Below are positions 53,027 to 64,000 of a stretch of DNA of 64,000 bases, piece by piece. The stretch is from Chrysomallon squamiferum (taxonomy: Eukaryota > Animalia > Mollusca): NCBI GenBank assembly GCA_012295275.1, contig CM022670.1:21514001-21578000 (forward strand), in the 5' to 3' direction. The notes under the pieces are model-generated. The model saw only the letters and a list, made by a program, of their open reading frames with translations. It made no database searches and was not told the origin of the DNA. Made by a program: the position numbers and the translations under genes. Each line of letters begins with the position of its first letter. Position 1 is the stretch's first letter.

Positions 53027-55980
53027 TTGTTGAGTTTTATTAAATAAAACATTTGTTATATAATGATATTTGTGTTTTCCCAGGAGGAGGAGGAGGGGAA
53101 GATGAAGTGTGGAAATTACAGGTGCCAGGATCATCAAAAGAGTGAGTTGTTTGTTCATTCTTTAGATCTAGGTTGGCCATTTTTGTTTTTAACTTTCTTT
53201 TCAGAATTGCATTTTTACAGTTATTAATTTGAATTAGAATTATTTTTTTAATTGTGAATTAGAGTAAGTGTATATTTAATGAAATATGTTAAATGTATGT
53301 GTTTCATGGGATGAATGGTGAGTGTTATCATGTATGTTTTTTATTTGTGTGTATGATTTTGGTAACTGATATGAATTTGGCTCAGTGAATATTAGAAAAC
53401 ATTCTCTGATGTAAACACATGGGACAAAACAAACCTTATTAAGCTTGTGTTATTCAAAATATTTGATCTAGCATACTTACTGAAAATGTATTCAGCACTG
53501 ACCATGTTCTTAACTTTCAGTAACTACTTTGTGGAAAATCTGGGTGAAGGTTTGATGCAGAAGAGATCTACATCGCAGCTGTAAGTTGCTTCTTGTATTG
53601 TTTCACAGAGTATTTTCTCTGTAAGTAATGTTAATATAATTACAAACCATGTTGACAATGTTAAATAAAACTCTACAAAATTTGTAATAGTGTTTATTGT
53701 TAAATTGTGAATTTCACAGATATATTTTATTTTATATAATATATATATATATATTTTTTGTGATATAACTATGTAATAAAATTCTTTTTTTCTTACACTT
53801 ACAGTGAATCTGTTTGAATACATATTGTTCAGTTTACAAACACTATGCCTCGGGCATTCAATAAAAAAAAAGAAAGACAAAAGGAAAATTAAATTTGTAA
53901 CAGACATAAAAATTCATTCTGTTTGACTTGTTACTGAGAATTCAGAACATAACTTTTTAATTATTTTGATATACATGGTCCTATTATTATATTTATTTTG
54001 TTTTGAAAATGCTTATAGTTAACTGACTAAAACTTCACTGAGTTTTGTTTTTATTTTCAGGAGACTGATCAATGATACAGTTAGGTAAGAAATATGTACA
54101 AATATTCTTCTTACTAATTTGATTTGTTACATCACAATCCAGTGTTAATGTTTTCTATGAAGATATTACACAGGAACAAACACATTACAAAATATCTAAT
54201 ACTGTTAGTGTTAAATGTTTTGTGTGTTCTTTGTTTCAAATTTTAAGATTGCGTTAGTTGGAGGGCATAGGCATGTTAATTTATATAACTGTAAAATAAA
54301 TTAATAAAAGAAACTCAGAAGAATAGAGAAAATCTTTAAGATTTTGTTGTGAGCAAACATATTTACTTATTAACTCAGAATGAAAATTTACATAATGCTA
54401 GTAATATAAAAATATAATAATATTTGTATTTCTTTTTCAGGTTAATGATGTCAGAACTGTTTCCTACATTAGAGACAGAACTTGATGCTTTTCTTACATT
54501 TGCAGACAAACAGGATGGATTGTTAGTACAAAAATAAATAATAATATTTTTTGAACAATAAAAAAAAATGTATGCATATTACTTCCATGTTCAAGATGCA
54601 GAAGTTATACTCTAGTCATAAAATTAGTTAACCATGGTCTTCAGTCTTAGGATTCATTTTTATTTTAAAGAAAAAAAAACTAGATGAATATTTTTCATTT
54701 AATTTTACTGTGGACATTTATTTGGTATAAACTCATTTTACATTCATTTTGTCTTTGTTTGTAGCTAGATACTTTTCATTGAATGTTCTTAGATGAGAAA
54801 AAAAGTCATTTTAAATTACTGATAAGAATATTTATTTTCCTTCAGACATTCAAGTGACTTATGAACATTTAAATGAATTTTCCTGGGAACATCTGAGAAG
54901 CATGAAACTATTTTATAATATTACCATAAAATGTTGTGTCTCAGTATCAGTTAATTTCCAGTATTATTTCATTTCTCAGACATTCGATGTACATGTTGGT
55001 GAGAATGAGTCAGCATGTGATCAACACACAGGACATGGGCTCATTTCTTAGTATGATATTCGGCAACTGTCTCATCAAGGTGAAAAGAAACTTCGACAAT
55101 CACATTGTAAGTAGGCAGTAGTGGTAATGATCTGGAATATCTTTGTTTTTATGAAACATACAGATTCTCGTGAAACATACAGATTCATGTGAACCATACA
55201 GATTCATATGAAACATACAAATTTCTGTGAAACATACTGATTCTTGTAAAACATATAGATTTGTGACTTAACTGACAATTTGTTAATTGTAATATAACAG
55301 GAAAGGGGTAAGAAAAATGCCATAAAATTACAGAATTTTTTTTATCTATCACTGAGGTGTGTTTTATTTGCAGTGTCTCTTTGTTTTGCATACAAATGGC
55401 TCAGATGCATTTTGTCACTTTACAAGATACTATATCATTTGTAATGAAAATGAAGTATTACAAAGAATGAATAATTTCACAAGTCGTCTCAGTCCATAGT
55501 GGTTTTCATTTCTTCAGTAAAGAAATTTGTCTTGAATGACTGAGTAAATATTTATTTTATTTTATTTTATTTTTTCAATATTATTTTATTTTTTTATTAA
55601 TTAATTTTTTTTTTTTTTTTATTGAAAAGGAAAAAAGATAAAACTATCTAATCCTTGGTCTGTTAGGGATTTGCATTTCAAAATAACATTAGCATTAGCT
55701 CAAATTGGTCATCAGAAATAATAAGGTTTTTTTTATTTTTCTTACCATCAGAGCCACATTTTGACTAAATATTTCTTGATATTCTTCTGCATTCATCCTA
55801 TATATTCATGCTCTTTTAAACAGCAAGATCAGATAAAAGGAATTGAAGAGACAAGAGTGTCAAAGAAATACAGATGTGGAATAATCAGTTTTGTACAAAA
55901 CTTTGAGGTAATTTTGCATGTTTTGCTTCTAAAATTAAATAAAATTAATATATGATCAATGACAGCTAAAATGTCAAATG

Positions 55981-56019
<39 letters not shown>

Positions 56020-57013
56020 GTATCTTTTTTTTTAACAATTTTAACAGAACTCATTTAGTTTTTAAAATATAAAATATTGGAATAACTAGATATGGTGCTG
56101 CAAACACATTGTCCAAATAACCTTTACTCCATAATGATAAAATATAGCTCACCATATGTACCAGTACTTTTTTTTATTATTATTTTTATTTTTATTTTAT
56201 TTTTTTAAAGGATTTTGCTGATTTTGCTGAGAACATTTTCAAAGGATCTGATCGCCATGCTGATTTGGACAAAGCGTATGCGAAACTTGTCCACGTCATC
56301 TTTGAACAGATAAACCGTGTGGCTGAGGAACACTTGAAAACACCCAGAGAAGTCATCATGATGGGTGAGCACATTTTTATAACATAAATAACATAGACAA
56401 TGTTACATGATGATGGGTGAGCACATTTTTATAAAATATGTAACATAGACAATGTTACATGATGATGGGTGAGCACATTTTTATAAAATATGTAACATAG
56501 ACAATGTTACATGATGATGGGTGAGTATATTGTTATTATTTTATCAAATAAATAATATAGATGGTGTAATGTGATGGGTCTGTATATTTTTTTTATTAAA
56601 TAAAATAAATAATTTGGACAGTATCATGTTAGGGTGAGTACATAGTTATTATTTTAAATAAATAACATAGACAGTGTTGCATAATGGGTGGGTACATTTT
56701 TATTAATAAATAAAATAACTAATACAGACAGTGCAACATGAAGGGTAGGTAAATTTATGTTATTTTGTAAAATAAATAGTATACAGACAGTAAGAAATGT
56801 ACACTGCATGATGATTCAGTACTCCTTGTAAAATCATCCAAAATACTTTAAATTATGCAGTTATTATTGGAATTTTAGTTAAGATGTAATGAATATAATT
56901 TTGAAACATTTCTTTTCTTGTTTTTCCTCAGAAAACTACCACAGAATGTTTTGTAAGTATATATACATTTAAGTATCTCTCTCTCTCTGTCTGTCTATCT
57001 ATCTATCTATCTA

Positions 57014-57093
<80 letters not shown>

Positions 57094-59402
57094 GGGAATA
57101 ACTGATTACTTGTCTTAACACACCAGCTTTATCCTGCTAAGATAAGAAAACACATTTGCAGCAAGGTCTATGCCGAGCTGCAATTATCTTTGACCTGTGC
57201 AAGTTAAAGCTGGTCTCTTAAGAAGGTAACCAGTTATTTCTTTTATCCTGCAATCCTAAATAATTAAAAAAGTAAAGGGAAGTTAGCTGTTTTATTTCTC
57301 CAAGTCTCTGATCTTGAGAATACTAGATTCACAAATTGATCTTGTTGTTTTTTTTTCAAAATGGTCTTTTAAAGACCAGTAATCTTTGTTTTTAACAAAA
57401 TTTTAAAAGTCTTCTTAAATAATAGATTCACAATTGATCTTTTTATACATTTTCTTAAAGGAAAATTTTTTTTTCAAATGGTCTTTAAAGACCAGTAATC
57501 TTTGTTTTTATGTAAATTTTAAAAGTCTCTGATCTTGAGAATTTTAAAAAATGTTTGTTGCTATACATCAAAACAAAATAGTTCTTAAAAAATATTTTTT
57601 CAAATAATCCAAATTTTGTTGGTTTGTTTTTAAAATGTTCATTGTTATGAAAAAGTATTTTAAATAATCAACTTTGTTGTTTTGTTCAGCCATTTTGTCC
57701 CGTTTGAAAATTGCTAGTCTTGATGCTGAGAAAAAGGAGGCCAAACATTTGTACACTGAAAACTTGCATGAGTATACAACTGGTTTACTTGGTCGACCAT
57801 TAGAGAAACTTCATGTAAGTATTGTGTAGCTGTTATTCTAGGAAGTATGAAATCAATAATTCACCTGGAATAAGCTCATATTTATAAATAAACTCAGTTT
57901 TTCAAGTATACTTCAAGTGATTATAGCATTACTTATTTTATTTGTTAAGTTTTTATTTTTTTATATCTCCTAATGATTATACAGGGTTTTTTTTTCTTAG
58001 ACTGATTCTTTGATAATAATAAAGTCCATGTAGATTTATGCAGACAGCCATTTTTATTTATTTTGATGACATTATGGCTATATAAAACACATATAAACAC
58101 ATAATCCTAGCTCCAAATATTTCAGAAAAATAAAAAAAATTGCTTTTGATCCTGTGACTAATCATTAAGCTACAGCTTGAATGCTAAACTGAATCTGAGT
58201 AGTCGAAATGTGTTAACTTGATGATAATTAAAAGGCTTAATTCAGGCTTCTTTTGTTCCCTTTAGTTTAGTTTTAGATTAAATTGGGTTAATTTTATTTC
58301 TGGTTACAGATATTTTTTGAAGGGGTTGAAGCACAGATGGCTAAAGGTGTGAAAGCTGAGGAGGTTGGTTTTCAGCTGGCTTTCAGTAAACAGGAGTTGA
58401 GAAAAGTTATCAAGGAATACCCAGCAAAAGAGGTGAGCTCTAGCAAGAAATATGTACTGTTAGAATTGCTAAATAATAATAATGATGATGATAATGATGA
58501 TAATAATATATATGTATACATATATATATATACACACGCACATCCATCTATATAGTTTATTTTTGCCATTTATTTCAATGATATGTACAATTCACTTCTG
58601 TGCCATTGATTTAGTAATGGTCAAGTCTATTTATTCTATTTTCAGATTAAGAAGATATTGGAGCACATGTACAAAAAGGTGGAGAAACAACTGTGTGAGG
58701 AAGAAAATCTGCTTCAGGTTAGTAGATGATATTTCTGTCAGAGCAAATGGTATATGAATAATTTATTATACGTTACTATTTCTCCTCCAAAATGATTGTT
58801 TTTAATTTTATGTGATCAAAAAAGTGTGCTGATGATAAAATACTATAACTGTTATAAACAGTAACCAGCAGTTTTAGTTTTTTTTTCTTTTTTTGGGAGT
58901 GAAAACTGAGAGTAGATTTAAAATGATTGCAATTGATTTTATTAATGATTGCCACTAAAGTCAATAATATTTTTAAATTACTAAAGCTAGATGTAAGCTG
59001 ATACTTTTAATAAAAAGGTTAATAACTTAAAATCTATTGTTTGCCCAGAGCTGAATGTATATTCATGTACATGTCATCTAACAAGGAAACGACTTCTACA
59101 CAAACCTAAATAATAAATTTTGAAAAAATCAATAAATAAAAAAATCAAAAATAAAAAAAAAAAAAAATAACAATAAAAAATAAAAAAAAGTAAGAATTTA
59201 AAAATTAAACAGTCTTATCAGTGAATGAAAGATCTGTTTTTACTTCCAGGTTGTGTGGCATGACATGCAGGATGAATTCACGAAACAGTACAATTTTTAC
59301 AATGACCTCATCAAACAGTGTTATGCAGATTCACAGATAGCACTTGAGTTCACCATACACGACCTGCTCCAGTTCTTTTCAGACATCGCTCAGTCTCACT
59401 AA
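46071..59402 (+). CDS. EXOC1: Exocyst complex component 1 (Sec3), 25 coding exons
   Basis: Exons 46071-46194, 46707-46840, 47351-47446, 47685-47748, 48417-48610, 48836-48961, 49201-49302, 49704-49836, 50363-50472, 51056-51205, 51866-51989, 52259-52404, 52712-52813, 53084-53141, 53521-53580, 54061-54084, 54441-54521, 54980-55106, 55824-55907, 56211-56364, 56932-56952, 57690-57814, 58310-58432, 58646-58717, 59250-59402. Diagnostic peptides: [76 protein letters not shown]. One phase conflict at exon 14. Confidence 0.95.
50490..50790. repeat. Minisatellite, unit about 29-31 bp, about 10 copies, in EXOC1 intron 9
   Basis: TTTATACACTAAGTATGATATTGTT repeated with two alternating linker types. Confidence 0.92.
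55150..55262. repeat. Minisatellite, unit about 19 bp, in EXOC1 intron 18
   Basis: TGAAACATACAGATTC repeated about 6 times. Confidence 0.85.
56358..56790 (+). repeat. Tandem repeat, unit about 52-58 bp, about 8 copies, containing the EXOC1 exon 20 donor site
   Basis: ATGATGG|GTGAGCACATTTTTATAA...CATAGACAATGTTAC repeated, decaying towards the 3' side. Confidence 0.88.
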
Positions 59403-59644
59403 CCATTTCTTCTTTCCTTCAGTCTTAACTTCAGACTTAAAAGCTATAATTAAAATATGTTATTTAAACTGAAATGTGGGAACAAAAGAAATTTAATTAA
59501 AGCAAATATTCAGTTTGCTTTTTAAAAAAAAATTTCAGTATGAAACAGTTTTTACAAAATGCAGGAAGAAACCATTTCTTAGAAAGTAATAATTGTGTAA
59601 ATATTTTTCTTAATCATACACTGACTTGAGATGCCCTGTATTTA

Positions 59645-59683
<39 letters not shown>

Positions 59684-61359
59684 TAAAACTTTTCTCGTAC
59701 TTTTTTGGGGGGGCGTGTAGCTGGCAAATACAATTTAAAAATTGCAGTTTCATTCACCTTCAGTCATTTTTATTTAGTTTTATCACTCATATTATAATGG
59801 AATTCATTTTAATTTTATTATATAACTCATGTTTTATAAATCATTTGCTGAAGCTGTTTTGAAAATATTTGTTTCATATATAATTTTTAAAGAATGATAA
59901 TTAGCATCGCTTTTGTGTGTTTAGTAGTAATATTAATTACTGTGTTATTTACACATTGAGTAAAATTATGATGTCTGTTAATTAGCAACACAGTATTTTG
60001 TTTATTAACCTTCCCACGAAAATGAAAAACACTAGATTATCTTCCTGTATGGTATGTTGAAGAGTGTTTGATTTTGAATTATAAATATTATATTAGTTCA
60101 TGCTAATCCACAAAACATGTCACCCTTTCTTTTTTTTGACAGTAGTTTTCGACTCATCTGTATTTAATCTATCATGTTGACAGTCAGTTTTGTCAGTTGT
60201 TGGGTACTTTTAACAAATCTTCAGTGTTTCACAATGCATCTTTACCATTTAACATTTGAAATGTTTCTGAGGACGAATTTGATTGCTCCAGATGTGAATA
60301 ATAGTCTGAAAGCAGTTTAAACAAAGCAATGACATATAGTATATAGATCTGTAAATTAATATTATTAAAGTTGTACTTGTTAAATCTGAGTTATCTAAAA
60401 GATGGTTATAAATGAATTTCAGTTTAAGCACAACTTACGATTATTTGATACGGAGGTGAACTTGTGTTTGGTAAAAAAGAAAATCTCTCAATTTGTAAAT
60501 AGTCTGCTATTACTGTATATTACTGAGTTATTATTTAATACCTTTTTAAAGTTGTTATGTTAATGATTGAATTGCTGATATGTGTAAAGTGCAATATATG
60601 ATGTTAAGGAATTGTATAAATATTTATTAAATAAAAATATGAAATGAATGGCAAAATGTTTTTCATCTTCTAAATCATCACTTTATCATATATTGACTCA
60701 GTATTTCTCAATCCACTTATGAAACGTAAAAACTGTAATAAATACAATTAACTATTCTTCATTAGTTAACATTTTATTGAAACCACTACTGAATTTGTAT
60801 AAAATTCATGGTCCCTATCTTTTTATTCATTTAAACAAATTCTTTCTTAACTGTTTTGTGATATTTTTTCAAGCATTCATTATGTCTAAACTATCAGTAA
60901 AAACTGAAACCCATATTTTTTCTTTTACTGACTTATAAAATGAATCATTGACAAATTAATTTAGATGTTTGACATACATTTATTTCATTAAATAAAAATA
61001 AACTATGTTGAAATTTGTATATTTCAGACAGCCAACTGCCAGCATTAATGAGATATTAAACTATATCAGATTTAATTTACACAAATTCTTATCATAAGGC
61101 TAAACTACCAGTAGCACTTGTTACAAATATACACACGAGTGTTAAATTAATAAAACTGTTTTAATGTTCACATATAATGTTTTCAACAAAACAGTTCTGC
61201 AGTAAGTCCTGTCAAATAATTTTCAGGTGGTTTGTCCTTATGTTTATACAATCTTTTTACTGCCATTCACAAATTTTGTAAAAAACCATCAAATCCTGAC
61301 ACACATTATTGTTTTCCCATGTTTTTGCTTGAAAAAAATGTATTCCTAACAAGTTCTGT

Positions 61360-61740
61360 CTAATTTACAAGTTCTTCTCGGTTCCTAATTTCGTTAATCT
61401 TTTTTGCTCTTTCTTTAAGTCGCTTTTCTCTTTCGTATTCCTTCATTCGCAAGACGTAGTCTTCATACTCGCACGCATCGTATTCATGCATTTCATGAGC
61501 GCAGGCTTTCATGTGCAGTAAGTTCTTCTGTCGACATTTCAAATAGTTAAGGTAATGGTCCACACAATAATCTCTCTTTTCTAGAGGAATTCCCATTTCT
61601 TGTAACTCTTCTCTCGTAACCTGCACAGATCTTTCTTTGCGACCAGAAGGAAAACCCAATAATGGATCAAAAGTTGGCGGTTCGGTAAATTTAGGCGCCG
61701 TATCAGGATGCGTGACGTATGCATACATCATGTTACCCAT
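61360..61740 (-). CDS. NDUFB7: NADH dehydrogenase (ubiquinone) 1 beta subcomplex subunit 7 (B18), 126 aa, intronless CDS
   Basis: MG start, PTFDPLLGFPSGRKER, IPLEKRDYC...C...C...C (twin CX9C-type), YEDYVLRMKEYEREKRL. Confidence 0.96.
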   Translation of the reverse strand: MGNMMYAYVTHPDTAPKFTEPPTFDPLLGFPSGRKERSVQVTREELQEMGIPLEKRDYCVDHYLNYLKCRQKNLLHMKACAHEMHEYDACEYEDYVLRMKEYEREKRLKERAKKINEIRNREELVN

Positions 61741-61814
61741 TGCTGAAGGCTGTACGTCAACACAAAATCTCGAATAATAAAAGATCCTTGTAGATTTTCA
61801 ATGTCAGAGCACAT

Positions 61815-61850
61815 CCAGAATCACTTCCGGTGTAGCCTACGTCTTCCGCT
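61815..61850. promoter_or_regulatory. ETS/GABP-type promoter sites upstream of NDUFB7
   Basis: CACTTCCGG (CCGGAAGTG on the minus strand) at about 61822-61830 and CTTCCG at about 61843, about 80-100 bp upstream of the ATG. Confidence 0.55.
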
Positions 61851-61962
61851 AATGTATTTTCCACCTTAATCTTCTTGAGGTCAGTGTTTCAGTATGTAAA
61901 CTATTAATGTATATATCGAGTTCAAAAAGCTAATAAATATTAAAACAAAACGAATAATTAGA

Positions 61963-62002
<40 letters not shown>

Positions 62003-62078
62003 AAAATGAGACTGACAGTTAACGAAAACGTTTACATAAAATAACAATAATGATGATGATAAAGAAGATGATAAACCT

Positions 62079-62081
<3 letters not shown>

Positions 62082-62159
<78 letters not shown>
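62082..62159. repeat. (CT)n microsatellite
   Basis: Perfect dinucleotide run. Confidence 0.95.
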
Positions 62160-62161
<2 letters not shown>

Positions 62162-62420
62162 CCATACACACATACAACTTTCATATTAATTATAATTACA
62201 AAACCTACTACTGCTATCACCACAATTGCTACTACTGCTGCTACTTCTGCTGCTTCTATTACTACAACTATTCAGTCATACGTAAAATTATACGTAATAT
62301 TTAAAGAGTATTGATACCACTTGGCAAAACGAAGATAAGATGTTATCAGAAGTATTTCGGAAGTGCAGTAATTCTGTTATCTGTTATCGTGACCTAATAA
62401 ATTTCACAAAACCCGAAAAC

Positions 62421-63852
62421 ATGGTAAAACTGACTGAGAACAATTCTAACGAATCGCAAACAGAACCCAGATATAAACCCATTTTTTATTTGGGATTACT
62501 TGTCCTTTTTCAAAGTGCCGTTTTTGTGCCTGTGACAATATGGCAGAAGAATTCTATGGAATATTATGTGGAAAAAATAGAGTCACATAAAGAGTTGTCT
62601 CGCACTTTGGAAGTTTTGTGCGTAGAAAGACAAACGTCAGGTAAACCACATGTGAGTAGACTTTCTATTTATTTATTTATTTATTTATTTATATTATTAT
62701 GTAGGCAGAATACATTTAAAATTTATTCATATACTAATATTTATTTGTGTGTCTATATATGTGTATGTGTGTGTGTATATATACACACACACACACGATT
62801 GTAGATGGTTATATTAATACAAACATTCAAACTGTCTGTCTGTCTGGCTGTCTGTCTATCTATTTGTCTGTCTGTCTACTTACCTACCTACCTGCCTGTA
62901 TGTATGTCAGCCTGTCAGTCTGTCAGTCTGTCTATCTATCTGTATATCTATTTCATTTACAGGGTTACGAGAGCCCAAGACATTATGGACATCATCACCA
63001 TGGCAAACGAAATTCACGGAGTGCAGTTGATATTCTGAGAGAGATTTTGTTGCAACAGGCATGGACGTGTAGATGTTTATAAATGCAGCTGGCATATTAT
63101 TTAAAGAAGATAGTTTACACCAGGAGGATGACTAAAACAACAACAACAAAAAATTATATTATACGTACAATTAAAAACTGAAATAACACCAGTATAAACA
63201 AACAAATATCTAATAAAACAACAACAAAGATAATAATAACAATAGCAGCAATAGCAGCATATACAGTAACAGCAACAGCTACCACAACAACAATACTCGT
63301 ACATGTAATAATAATAAAGTCAAACGAAAGAATATGTACAGTATATTTAAATATAACTTTTTGAAAAGTACGTTTATAATGCGAACATTAACAGACTCTA
63401 AAGACATTGCGCACACATTTACCACAAATAAAATAAGACAATTAATAGGCCATTTAGAAAACATGAACACTGACATTTGTCTAATTTTCTTGTGTACTCG
63501 TGATATTTTCAGGTGTTTTTTTTTTCTGATTTATTATTGTACGATCATACTTTATTGTTGCAAAGGTAATGTAAACAGCAGCGACAAACAACAACAAAGC
63601 ACACAAAACACACATACACTTAAAAAAACAAAACAAAACAACAACAACAGAAAATTAAGGTTAGAACCAAGTTTGGTTTAGAATTAGTCAAGGGTTAGAT
63701 GTAGAGTTAGGCAGGGTAGGACCAACGAGAGTTTATTTTAGTGTTATTTGGTTAATCGAAAATCTTAGGTATTTCTGCTATTTCACCTTCTTATTAACAG
63801 GAAAAGGTCATGGAACAAATTTGCATTCGAAGAGCTGATTTGTGTCAACCCG
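62421..63852 (+). CDS. 5' part of a type II transmembrane protein, probably a transmembrane collagen (colmedin/gliomedin-like architecture); continues beyond the window
   Basis: Exons 62421-62651, 62963-63058, 63801-63852. Short cytosolic N-terminus, TM helix (IFYLGLLVLFQSAVFVPVTIW), helical neck, furin-like KRNSR, then EQICIRRADLCQP with a phase-1 G. No Gly-X-Y repeat is visible inside the window. Confidence 0.6.
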
Positions 63853-63883
63853 GTAAGAGGAGTTAATTAATTCCAATTAATAT

Positions 63884-63885
<2 letters not shown>

Positions 63886-63961
<76 letters not shown>

Positions 63962-63983
63962 GTAATAATAATAATAATAATAA
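63886..63983. repeat. (TAA)n microsatellite
   Basis: Near-perfect trinucleotide run; similar runs at about 9853, 12505, 34180, 40273 and 44802. Confidence 0.95.
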
Positions 63984-64000
63984 TTATTATTATTATTAGT

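Noticed and set aside
54841-54860. Acceptor look-alike TTCAG|ACATTCAAG upstream of EXOC1 exon 18
   Set aside because: In the required phase it runs H-S-S-D-L-stop, so it is not a coding alternative exon.

Overview
AT-rich, microsatellite-dense animal genomic DNA with spliceosomal introns; a mollusc, probably a gastropod, is my inference from gene and repeat style. There is no prokaryotic, CRISPR, rRNA or clear tRNA content. Left to right: a TA-flanked MITE; the large first coding exon of a TRPC channel (-); about 15 kb of non-coding DNA; a complete 9-exon, 9-zinc-finger TFIIIA/GTF3A gene (-); an intronless LRR-Ig-TM gene (+); a disrupted single-exon Toll-like receptor pseudogene (+); a 7-exon uncharacterised, possibly ciliary gene (-) head-to-head with a 25-coding-exon EXOC1/Sec3 gene (+); an intronless NDUFB7 (-); and the first three exons of a type II membrane protein, probably collagen-like (+). 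The least explained structure is a composite insertion of about 4.86 kb in TFIIIA intron 1. It has ~150-bp direct terminal repeats, a foldback, a ~195-bp tandem array and an orphan ORF behind a splice acceptor. An out-of-frame uORF also overlaps the TFIIIA start. All exon boundaries were read by eye and no database searches were run.
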